A stretch of DNA of 32,000 bases from Telmatocola sphagniphila (GCF_018398935.1 NZ_CP074694.1:2880001-2912000), one strand, 5' to 3'. Shown: positions 22,290 through 30,335, counted from the first letter of the stretch. The notes: generated by a model from the letters alone, not told the origin. Translations and numbers: made by a program.

Positions 22290-23648
22290 ATGTCCTCCAA
22301 ACTCAACGACGCTTCGATTTTAATCGTCGACGACGAAAAGATTATCCGGGAGACTCTCAGCGAATATCTCGAGGAAGAAGGCTTCACGGTCAAAGCGGTC
22401 GGGAGTGGTGAAGAAGCTCTCGCTCTTCTGGCCAAAGAATTTCATGAGATTCTGATATGCGACATTAACCTGCCGGGCATGGATGGCATCGAAGTCCTGC
22501 AGCGAGTCCAGCGGGTCAGCCCGGAAACATTTGTGATCTTAATCACCGCTTATGCCACGGTGGAAACGGCCATTGAAGCTTTCCAGCGGGGCGCTCAGGA
22601 TTATCTGATCAAACCGATCGTCTTCGACGAAGTGACCGAAAAACTGCGACGGCTGATGCGGGTGCGCAACTTGAGACTGGAAAACCAGTTCCTCCGCCGC
22701 GAACTGAATCGCGAAGCGAGTAACGAATTCGTCATCGGAGCCAATCCCAAATCGCAGGCCGTGTTTCAGATGGCTTTAAAAGCGGCCCCGACCGGCACGA
22801 CCATTCTGATCCAGGGGGAAAGTGGCACCGGCAAGGAAATTCTCGCTCGCTACATCCACAAGCACGCCTACAGCAATCCGGAAGAAGTTCGCTTTCTGCC
22901 AGTGAACTGCGCCGCTATTCCCAATGAGCAATTAGAAAGCCTACTCTTCGGTTACCGACGGGAAGCGACTGATAAGGATCAGCGCGGCGTGTTTGTTCAT
23001 GCCGGCAAAGGAACGGTATTTCTGGACGAGATTGGCGAATTACCGGCCAGCGTTCAGGCCAAACTGCTTCGCGTTATCGAACAGAAGGAAGTTTTGCCCC
23101 TCGGGGCAAACGAACCGGTGCAGGTTCACGCCCGAATTATCGCGGCCACCAATAAAGATCTGAACAAAGAGGTGGAAAATGGGACTTTCCGCAACGATTT
23201 GTACTATCGGCTCAATGTCGTGTCGCTGAAATTGCCACCCCTTCGGGAACGCAAAGAGGATATTCCCGAACTGGTCGATCACTTTGTGAAGAAGCACGCC
23301 GCCCGGCTGCACCATCGCGTGCAAGGCCTGACGCACGAGGCGATGAACCTTCTCATGCACCATCCCTGGAAAGGGAATTTGCGCGAACTGGAAAATTCCA
23401 TCGAACGTTCGCTCATCCTCAGCGATCAGGTTTTGATATCTCCGGCGGAATTGCCGCCCGATTTGGACCAACGGGCGGTCGATCCCAACATTCTCGACGA
23501 TCTCAGTCTGGCCATGGGAGAATACGAAAAGCTGCACATCGAGCGCATTCTCCGCCAGACTTCCGATAAGCGGGAAGCCGCCAAGCGTTTAAATATCGGT
23601 TTGAGTTCGCTCTATCGAAAAATTGAATTACTGAAAATCGAAATCTAG
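22290..23648 (+). CDS. NtrC-like response regulator (REC + AAA+ + Fis-type HTH) lacking the GAFTGA sigma54-contact motif.
   Basis: AGGAG lies 6 nt upstream of the ATG at 22290. The REC domain reads ILIVDDEK...ICDINLPGMDG. Walker A is GESGTGKE and Walker B is VFLDEIGE. The HTH reads AAKRLNIGLSSLYRKIELL. Where GAFTGA is expected, the sequence is LFGYRREATDKDQRGVF (22947-22988 codes FGYRREATDKDQRG), which is 3 residues shorter than in the paralogue at 3360..4796. Confidence 0.85.
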   Translation: MSSKLNDASILIVDDEKIIRETLSEYLEEEGFTVKAVGSGEEALALLAKEFHEILICDINLPGMDGIEVLQRVQRVSPETFVILITAYATVETAIEAFQRGAQDYLIKPIVFDEVTEKLRRLMRVRNLRLENQFLRRELNREASNEFVIGANPKSQAVFQMALKAAPTGTTILIQGESGTGKEILARYIHKHAYSNPEEVRFLPVNCAAIPNEQLESLLFGYRREATDKDQRGVFVHAGKGTVFLDEIGELPASVQAKLLRVIEQKEVLPLGANEPVQVHARIIAATNKDLNKEVENGTFRNDLYYRLNVVSLKLPPLRERKEDIPELVDHFVKKHAARLHHRVQGLTHEAMNLLMHHPWKGNLRELENSIERSLILSDQVLISPAELPPDLDQRAVDPNILDDLSLAMGEYEKLHIERILRQTSDKREAAKRLNIGLSSLYRKIELLKIEI

Positions 23649-23652
23649 TCGG

Positions 23653-24477
23653 TCAATCCCCACGCTTTTTGGACATCCAGTAGAGCAGCGTTTTGATTTC
23701 AAAGGGTTTCATATTCGGATGAATCGAAAGCAGCTTGGCGGCGATGGCCGCTAAGTGCGGGGTCGCCCAACTGGTTGCCGGCTCCCGGGAAAAAGGCCCC
23801 AGGTAGCCACGAGCATAAGCGGCGAACTCCACGCTTTCGTGTAACTGGTACATGAATTCCAGCGGATTGGAAGAATCGCTCTTATTGACGGAGATCAGTG
23901 GTGGGGCAAACAGCGAAGGATAGCTCCGCGTAATCGGATGATCGTTATGAGCGGCGGCGAAAATGAGGACATCGTGGAAGTACGCCTGCTCCACGGCTCG
24001 CAGTAACTGGTACCGTTTGCTGATCTGCTGCAACTGACTTTCCACGATTCCCAGCGATAGATTAATGATCTTCACTTTCCAGACATGGATGGCATGTTCG
24101 ATGGCCCGAATGATGGTTTCAACCGTACAGTTACCCGTGGAGCCGAATACATTGGCCGAGAAAAGTTTGACCTTCGGGGCCAGACTCAAAATGATATCGG
24201 CCACCACGCTACCGTGCGGGCTCGATTGCGAACCATCATCGGCAACGACTTCAGGGGAATCGGTTTTGAAAAGTACCCCTTCAATCGGCTCGATCGTGAG
24301 ATTTTTTTTGTCGAAGCGTTCGCGCAGAAGATTGCTGTCGATCCCACTGTCAATGACGGCCAGACGCACCCCTTGACCGTTGGCACGGCTGTCATTCAGC
24401 AGTTTCTCCGGAGTCAGCAACTCCCGAATCGAACTAAAAAAATCGGCCGAATCCCCCATCCCATCTCCTGGAATCAC
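23653..24477 (-). CDS. Subtilisin-like serine peptidase (S8 family). Compact catalytic domain with no signal peptide or pro-domain.
   Basis: The Asp motif is LAVIDSGID and the His motif is SPHGSVVADI. The oxyanion Asn lies in FAAAHND. The Ser motif is ATSWATPHLAAIAAKL. The N-terminus MIPGDGMGDSADFFSSIRE is not hydrophobic. The gene starts 17 nt after the stop of the upstream REC gene. Confidence 0.8.
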   Translation of the reverse strand: MIPGDGMGDSADFFSSIRELLTPEKLLNDSRANGQGVRLAVIDSGIDSNLLRERFDKKNLTIEPIEGVLFKTDSPEVVADDGSQSSPHGSVVADIILSLAPKVKLFSANVFGSTGNCTVETIIRAIEHAIHVWKVKIINLSLGIVESQLQQISKRYQLLRAVEQAYFHDVLIFAAAHNDHPITRSYPSLFAPPLISVNKSDSSNPLEFMYQLHESVEFAAYARGYLGPFSREPATSWATPHLAAIAAKLLSIHPNMKPFEIKTLLYWMSKKRGD

Positions 24478-24494
24478 ATCCCTGATTTACCGCA

Positions 24495-25727
24495 TCAATC
24501 CCTTAAGGGAGGGTTGAGTTCCGCCAGCATCTTTTCCGTCAGTTCGAGCAACTGATCCGCATACTTCAGCGCTGGGGCCCCAAAGCGATCGCTGAGATCG
24601 CGAATCCGTTGCGCCAGCCGAAGTGTATCCCGCGAGGAGAGCCCGGAAGAACTGGTACTCGCAAGAGTTTCCTGCATGCGAGCGACCACTTGAACATGCG
24701 GCGAAACGGCCGGCGTTTCGGAAACGGTTTCCCCGCGGGCGATCTGATCGCTCACCTGCCGGGCCGTCTGTAAAGCCGCCAATAGCAATTGATTCTGCCG
24801 CTGATCGGCCACCGTCCGCCGTACCAGTTCTCCACCGAGAGTTTGCAAGAGATTCAGAATCGGTTTTGCGGCCGCGGTAAACTGCTCGACTTTTGACGGC
24901 TTGGCCAATTCCAGCACCGCCTGGGTTCGCGAGTCGTTGGAAAGCGGTATGGCCATCAACTCGAGATATTCTTTTTCGAACGGCTGCAGCTGGATCATGT
25001 CCAGAACGTCGTTCGAGTTGAGCTGCAGATGGAGAGTCCGCTGGTTCATCAGAGCCGACGCCGCTATCGTTTTCGCAAAGGGACCTGCCTGCCAGGGAAT
25101 TGCTTTCCCTTCCTGATCAGTCACGCTCAATTCTTCGCGATTATTTTCCAGGAGATGCCGAAGGACCAGATAGCCAACTTGTGCCGATGTGACGTAGCAG
25201 GCAATTTGAATCAGTGGTTTGAACGCTTCGACGGGCGAACCGGGGCTCTGAAGCGTGGCGGAGGACTGCACCAAAGGGAGAGCTTTTTCAATCGCTTCCC
25301 GAAACGTCAACAGGCTTTTCTGAAACTGCCGCTGCTGTTTGGCGGGTCGGATCAGATCGAGTTGCTTCCGCACCGATTTCAGAAAACTATCCCGAGTCAG
25401 ATCCTGATTTTTATCGAGATAATCGCGAACACCCATGCGCAACGCCTGCAGGGGAGTTGCCTGGTGGGCGAAGCCAGTCACCAGTATAGCGATCACATTC
25501 GGCTGAAAAACCACGAGATCCTCGAGCAGTTGCAAGCCATCGCTGCCCGAACCCAGATTCCAGTCGAGAATAGCCAGATCGATGGTATTTTCGTTGGCGA
25601 ATTGCAGCGCGGCCTCGGCATCACTCACGGCCTTGATGTGGATCGGAAGGCTGGATTCTTTCAGCCATTCCCCAAAAGTTTTGCGAACCGAATCTTCATC
25701 GTCGACTATTAAAATTGTTTCCGCCAT
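24495..25727 (-). CDS. Response-regulator receiver protein with a GAF-like middle region and a helical C-terminus. No recognisable DNA-binding or enzymatic output domain.
   Basis: The REC domain reads MAETILIVDDEDSVRKTF...DLAILDWNLGSGSDGLQLL...AILVTGFA...LRMGVRDYLDK. Residues 150-290 (QIACYVTSAQVGYLVLRH...LELMAIPLSNDSRTQAVLELAKP) resemble a GAF fold, but this is a weak call made by eye. Confidence 0.75.
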   Translation of the reverse strand: MAETILIVDDEDSVRKTFGEWLKESSLPIHIKAVSDAEAALQFANENTIDLAILDWNLGSGSDGLQLLEDLVVFQPNVIAILVTGFAHQATPLQALRMGVRDYLDKNQDLTRDSFLKSVRKQLDLIRPAKQQRQFQKSLLTFREAIEKALPLVQSSATLQSPGSPVEAFKPLIQIACYVTSAQVGYLVLRHLLENNREELSVTDQEGKAIPWQAGPFAKTIAASALMNQRTLHLQLNSNDVLDMIQLQPFEKEYLELMAIPLSNDSRTQAVLELAKPSKVEQFTAAAKPILNLLQTLGGELVRRTVADQRQNQLLLAALQTARQVSDQIARGETVSETPAVSPHVQVVARMQETLASTSSSGLSSRDTLRLAQRIRDLSDRFGAPALKYADQLLELTEKMLAELNPPLRD

Positions 25728-25801
25728 GCCCTAGCCTTGTGGATTTACGTCGCCTGTCCCTACGAACCATATCAATATATTCAGAGCTTGTAATTCCTGC
25801 G

Positions 25802-28612
25802 ATGAAGATATCCTCCGCCATGAATGTACGAAGATTGTTCCTGTTGTCCCCTTATCGCATGCCGACCAATCACCAGGTCTACCTGAGTGAGGACGAGGTC
25901 GCCTGCTGGCTAAATGGTTTTCTGGTATTGTGGCATCCGGCGATGCTCCACGGGTCTGCAGCCGTACCGATCATCGCCTCTGCTTACGACCACGAAAGCC
26001 CCGCCGCCGGCGAGTGTTTTGCGGTTCCCGAAAGTCCTCCACTTTATCAGCCCGAGAATTGGGCCGAGCGGGTCATCGATGCGGGAGCACTGGCTTTCAA
26101 GCCCTGTTCGACATTACAGGAGACGCTTGAGTCCGCCCAACATGCGCTTAATTCCGTGGAATCCCGGGAAATTGACAACGAGGCTCGGTCGATTTTTCAG
26201 AACGAACACTCCGCTAAATTGTGGAATTTACCAGAAGAGCACTATCTGCCCTTCCTCGGCCTCGGATTTGGCTATCTGGTGATTGAATCGCTTTATGAGG
26301 CCATGCAGCACGATCACCTCCTGGATAAGGAGCGATTCTGGCAGCACCTGCAAGAGGCACTCACGGCCTTGGTGCAGCCCGAATTGAACGCCGAAAGCTT
26401 CTTCAACGCTCTCCGCTCGGCCGCCCAGCTCCTGCAAAGTGCGCGGGAGACCCTGAATCCTTCGACGATATCCCTTCTCGATTTCTGGGAACTGAACGCA
26501 CAGACGGTGGCACCGATTTGCAAAGCGCTGCGCAATCAAAAGAAGTTGACGGTGTTGTGCACCGGGGCCGAACTGAAATTGCACACTTCGGAAATCCTCC
26601 ACGCTCTACCGCCGGAGCAAAAAGGGAATCTCTCGCTGCTGACTGCCGGCGAGAAGGACGCCGAGACGGGGTTACTTCCGCTGGAAATGCAACTCTGGAA
26701 TCTGCGCCAGGGAATTCAAACCTGCCAAAAGTCGCTCGGGATCAAACCGATCGGTTATGCGTCGAAGGTAACTCACTTCACGCCGCTGACTCCCTCGATC
26801 CTGAAAGATCATGGTCTGCAATCGGTCTGGCTGAAAGCTCGGGATGCGGCCATCTTACCTTCGCACTATGCGGCCGTAGTCAATTGGCCGGGCCCGGATG
26901 GGAAATCAATTGATGCGCTGACCAAAGCCCCGATACCCTGCCACGATGTTTCCACCTATTTCAACTTGGCCTACACGCTCCATCAGGCGATTGGAGCCGA
27001 ATCCCAGCCGACGTTGATATTCCTCCATACCGATGCCACACATCCCGCCTACGATGTGTGGCAGGCCCTTCAAGGTCTCGCTCCGGTGCTCGGAGAATTC
27101 ATCACTCTGGACGATTACTTCAAACAGGCTATGGCCGGGGAGTACGCCGGGAGTACGAACGCCGATGATATCTTCCTGGATTATCTGGAGCAGCGCACGG
27201 CACAGAATCGGCAAGATGTCGTCAGCGGCCTCGCCCGGCAAGCGGCTTTGTGCCGAAAAGTCGAAGCGGCCCAGACCTTCGATGCCATTCTGAATGTGTT
27301 GAATCGTACTTCGAAGTCACCGACTTCGAATGCGGAAGATCTGACTCCTTTTTCGGATCGTGAGACTATTTTGAAGTCGCTTGAGGCTAATGGTCGGCAG
27401 TTGGCCGCGCGTCTGCAAGCGAGAACCGCCGGTCCTGTGCCAGGCTGGATCGTTTTGAATTACTCAAGCGCTACCCGCCGGGAAGCACTAAGACTCGAAA
27501 AATCGCACGGCCCTATTCCAGTGGAAGGTCCGGTCAAGGCATCTGACTCCAAGGACGGCGTCAGTCAAGTCGTGGTGGAAATTCCGCCCGTGGGATATGC
27601 CTGGATCCCCAATACGGGAAAAGGACAGACCAAAGCTCCCCCCTTCAAAATGATTGAGGATCGAATTATTCGCAATGAATTTCTGGAAGCGGAATTCGAT
27701 CCAACCACGGGCGGCCTGCGGGGAATTCGAGACACTAGAACCCGAGTTAATCGCTTAGGACAGCAACTCGTTTTCAATCCGGGTTCTAAGATGGTAGCCG
27801 ATGCCATTGAAACGGTAGAACTCGGATCGGTAGTTTCCCGTCTGCGCAGTCGCGGCACCTTGCAAAACGAGCAAAACGAGAAACTCGCCGATTTCGAACA
27901 AGAGCTGGAGATCTGGTCGCAGCGACCGGTACTCAAGCTGAGCATCACTTTAAAACCAGTCAAACTTCCCAACGGGGCGCCCTGGCACGCCTACTATGCC
28001 AGCCGGTTTGCCTGGCGCGATGAACATGCCGCGCTCTTCCGCGGCGTGGGTGGCCAATCGTGCCTCACGACCCACAATCGACCTCAATCCGCCGACTATC
28101 TGGAAATTCGCAGCGGCCGAAACAACACTTGCCTATTTCCGGGTGGCCTGCCGTTCCATAACAGGCCGAATCATCGAATGCTGGATACACTGCTGATCGC
28201 ACCGGGGGAACAGGATACGAAATTCACCCTCCATATTTCTCTCGATCGGGATTTGCCACAGTTCACCGCCTACAGTCTGCAAAGCCCAGCGTACTGTCAG
28301 CTCACTTCGGAGGGGCAGCCGCAATCCGGGGCGAGTAGTTGGCTTTTTCAGATCGATGCGCCGAATCTGATCCTGACGAGCATGCGGACCCTGCCTCCTC
28401 GGGAAGATAGTACGACTGCGATTATCCTGCAGCTTCAGGAGATCGGAGGCAATGGGGGAATCGCCGAATTGCGCTGTGTACGCAACCCGAAGAGGGCCGT
28501 GCGACTCGATGGATTGAACGAGGAAATGCATGAATTGGGTTGTAACGGCGATGCCATCTCCGTGGAGTATTCCGCTCACGAAATCGTGCGAATCTGTATC
28601 TGCTTCGACTAA
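25802..28612 (+). CDS. Large cytoplasmic protein of unknown function. Its C-terminal half resembles the central and C-terminal beta-sandwich regions of GH38 alpha-mannosidases.
   Basis: The long ORF is clearly coding. It has no signal peptide. The segment IIRNEFLEAEFDPTTGGLRGIRDTRTRVNRLGQQLVFNP recalls the conserved GH38 segment ENEyLrVeiD..tGgItSlyDK, which I am quoting from memory. No HxHxD-type GH38 N-terminal metal motif was seen. The start is ATG 25802 or ATG 25820. The track start at 25715 overlaps the divergent REC gene and was rejected. Confidence 0.6.
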   Translation: MKISSAMNVRRLFLLSPYRMPTNHQVYLSEDEVACWLNGFLVLWHPAMLHGSAAVPIIASAYDHESPAAGECFAVPESPPLYQPENWAERVIDAGALAFKPCSTLQETLESAQHALNSVESREIDNEARSIFQNEHSAKLWNLPEEHYLPFLGLGFGYLVIESLYEAMQHDHLLDKERFWQHLQEALTALVQPELNAESFFNALRSAAQLLQSARETLNPSTISLLDFWELNAQTVAPICKALRNQKKLTVLCTGAELKLHTSEILHALPPEQKGNLSLLTAGEKDAETGLLPLEMQLWNLRQGIQTCQKSLGIKPIGYASKVTHFTPLTPSILKDHGLQSVWLKARDAAILPSHYAAVVNWPGPDGKSIDALTKAPIPCHDVSTYFNLAYTLHQAIGAESQPTLIFLHTDATHPAYDVWQALQGLAPVLGEFITLDDYFKQAMAGEYAGSTNADDIFLDYLEQRTAQNRQDVVSGLARQAALCRKVEAAQTFDAILNVLNRTSKSPTSNAEDLTPFSDRETILKSLEANGRQLAARLQARTAGPVPGWIVLNYSSATRREALRLEKSHGPIPVEGPVKASDSKDGVSQVVVEIPPVGYAWIPNTGKGQTKAPPFKMIEDRIIRNEFLEAEFDPTTGGLRGIRDTRTRVNRLGQQLVFNPGSKMVADAIETVELGSVVSRLRSRGTLQNEQNEKLADFEQELEIWSQRPVLKLSITLKPVKLPNGAPWHAYYASRFAWRDEHAALFRGVGGQSCLTTHNRPQSADYLEIRSGRNNTCLFPGGLPFHNRPNHRMLDTLLIAPGEQDTKFTLHISLDRDLPQFTAYSLQSPAYCQLTSEGQPQSGASSWLFQIDAPNLILTSMRTLPPREDSTTAIILQLQEIGGNGGIAELRCVRNPKRAVRLDGLNEEMHELGCNGDAISVEYSAHEIVRICICFD

Positions 28613-28678
28613 TGTACCCTCTTTAATTTCTTGAATGATTAAAGCTCTCTTGAAGTGCGAACAATTACTTCGGATTGG

Positions 28679-28708
28679 TTGACACACCAGTGAATCGGCG
28701 GGAATGAT
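28679..28708 (+). promoter_or_regulatory. Possible sigma70-type promoter for the secreted-protein pair.
   Basis: A perfect TTGACA sits at 28679-28684. After an 18-nt spacer comes AATGAT (28703-28708). The element lies about 65 nt upstream of the ATG at 28775. Confidence 0.3.
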
Positions 28709-28774
28709 TACGTGCCGGGCAAGGAGTGGGCGAAGGACGCCACGACCGGCAAGGACCCCAAAAGGATTCACGTC

Positions 28775-29341
28775 ATGAAGAGATATTTTCTGGCGGGTAT
28801 ATTCGCCCTCGCAACACTATTAATGACCGCCGGAAATTCTCAGGCCGGTGGCTGGGTTGCTGGCAGACCGACCGGTTATGGCTGGCTCGGACAGAAAGTC
28901 TACAGCTGTGCCCCGGGCATTCATCAGCACGGCCCGCTCTACAACTACACCCCGCTGCAAGGCGATTACACCTGGATGCAGTTCCATTGGTGGCAGCTGT
29001 ACAACTATCATCCCGCTTACGGCATGTATCCGCCTTCGATCGGTTGCGGCAATGGCTGCGGTGGTGGTGGCTGCGGTGCAGGCGGTTGCAGCGGCGGAGC
29101 GTTCTCCCATCTGTTTGGTTGCGGTTTGCAAAGCGGCGGCTGCAACAGTTCTTCCTGCGGCGGTTCCTCCTGGTCCAGTTTGTTCCACGGAGCCAGCTTC
29201 GGCGGCATCTTCCATAAAACGAGCCCCTGCTCGACCGGATCCTGCGGAAGCACTACACCCGCTACACCCTGCACTTCGTGTGTCAAACAAACTAGCTATA
29301 GCGCAATCTACCCCGAATATCTCTCGCCAAGCTGGCGATAA
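28775..29341 (+). CDS. Secreted Gly/Cys/Ser-rich low-complexity protein with an aromatic-rich N-terminal part.
   Basis: The ATG at 28775 is preceded by AAAAGGA. The signal peptide is MKRYFLAGIFALATLLMTAGNSQA. The mature part contains YNYTPLQGDYTWMQFHWWQLYNYHPAYGMYPP followed by GCGNGCGGGGCGAGGCSGG...GGCNSSSCGG...SPCSTGSCGS...PCTSC. I count 12 Cys. The other open frames in this stretch lack both a start context and a signal peptide. Confidence 0.65.
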   Translation: MKRYFLAGIFALATLLMTAGNSQAGGWVAGRPTGYGWLGQKVYSCAPGIHQHGPLYNYTPLQGDYTWMQFHWWQLYNYHPAYGMYPPSIGCGNGCGGGGCGAGGCSGGAFSHLFGCGLQSGGCNSSSCGGSSWSSLFHGASFGGIFHKTSPCSTGSCGSTTPATPCTSCVKQTSYSAIYPEYLSPSWR

Positions 29342-29404
29342 TAACTGTACACGGATGCGATCGAATATAGGAAATTTCACTTAGGAAGAGAAAGGCGAAT
29401 TGTT

Positions 29405-29710
29405 ATGAAGAAATGGATTTTGACCCTGGCTGCAGCCCTGCTGGTTGTGGGTGCTTCGGAAGCCGGTGGTCCTTTCAGTGCGTTCAAACCCCAGCACAAG
29501 TCCTATGGCGATCGGCCCGTGTTGCCGGTTTTCCAGGCCGCTCCCTGGTATCTCTACTGGCCATACGATGCCCACTTCCAGACTCCTGCTCCCATCTACG
29601 GAGCTTTCTATGCTCCCCCGCAGATGGGCGGCTTCAACGCACAGCCTTATTTCCCGGGTTCCCCGACGAATCAATATCCTGGCACTCCGATGCCCTATGG
29701 TCCTCGTTAA
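29405..29710 (+). CDS. Small secreted Pro/Tyr/Phe-rich protein.
   Basis: GAAAGG lies upstream of the ATG. The signal peptide is MKKWILTLAAALLVVGASEA. The mature part reads GGPFSAFKPQ...AAPWYLYWPYDAHFQTPAPIYGAFYAPPQMGGFNAQPYFPGSPTNQYPGTPMPYGPR. A strong terminator follows. Confidence 0.65.
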   Translation: MKKWILTLAAALLVVGASEAGGPFSAFKPQHKSYGDRPVLPVFQAAPWYLYWPYDAHFQTPAPIYGAFYAPPQMGGFNAQPYFPGSPTNQYPGTPMPYGPR

Positions 29711-29733
29711 TCCCAGGTTGAACGAAATTCCCC

Positions 29734-29771
29734 AAGCCCTCGCGAGAATTTTTGCGAGGGCTTATTTCTTT
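29734..29771 (+). terminator. Rho-independent terminator.
   Basis: A perfect 10-bp stem pairs AAGCCCTCGC (29734-29743) with GCGAGGGCTT (29754-29763). The loop is 10 nt. The T-rich tract ATTTCTTT follows. Confidence 0.7.
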
Positions 29772-29908
29772 CCTGAGAATCCCTACCGCTTTCCACTTCT
29801 TTGTCGGATTGAAGAAATTTTGCTCAATTAGACATTTTGCCGGCCTCCCTTCTCTGCTATGATAAAGATGGATTTATCCAAATATTGATATGTTTTGTGA
29901 GGCTAATC

Positions 29909-30322
29909 ATGTCCTTCGCCACAGCAACTTTAGTTCCCGAAGGTGGGGGCGACCCCATACCTCTGGCTCGTCAGATTCTGACGGTAGGTCGTCGCGAATC
30001 CTGCGACATCTGCCTGAAGTTTCCGAACATTTCCAGTCTGCATTGCGAGTTCTTTTACAAAAACGGTTATTGGTCGGTCAAAGACATCGGCTCGACCAAC
30101 GGCATCAAAATCAACGGTCAGCGAACCACTCAAACGGCCCTGCGACCTGGGGATGAGATAGCCATCGCCAATCGAAAGTATAAGATCCACTATACGCTGG
30201 CGGATGGAGCGGAATCGGCGCTCGAGCAGACTCTCGAAAAGAACGATGATTTCATGTCGATTCCCCTGATGGAACGGGCTGGCTTAACCAAGGCCCGGCA
30301 GTCCAACCGCGATAGCGATTAA
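29909..30322 (+). CDS. Small FHA-domain protein (137 aa).
   Basis: The ATG at 29909 is preceded by GTGAGG. The FHA pattern reads LTVGRRESCDICLKFPNISSLHCEFFYKNGYWSVKDIGSTNGIKINGQRTTQTALRPGDEIAIANRKYKIHY. The track start at 29837 adds an implausible leader. Confidence 0.85.
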   Translation: MSFATATLVPEGGGDPIPLARQILTVGRRESCDICLKFPNISSLHCEFFYKNGYWSVKDIGSTNGIKINGQRTTQTALRPGDEIAIANRKYKIHYTLADGAESALEQTLEKNDDFMSIPLMERAGLTKARQSNRDSD

Positions 30323-30335
30323 TCTTCGGGGAAAA

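Noticed and set aside
28848-29384. Alternative open frames through the Gly/Cys-rich gene: + frames 28726..29217 and 28848..29384, and - frames 28820..29380 and 29017..29286.
   Set aside because: They are stop-free only because of the biased GGC/TGC/GCN composition. Only the frame starting at 28775 has an SD-like sequence and a signal peptide. The other frames give Ala/Arg-rich sequences with no start context.
29909-30322. The FHA protein, considered as a marker of a secretion system or Ser/Thr-kinase signalling system.
   Set aside because: No kinase, phosphatase or T3SS/T6SS component lies in the window. The neighbours are an SDR and a hydrolase, and a strong terminator separates it from the secreted-protein pair.
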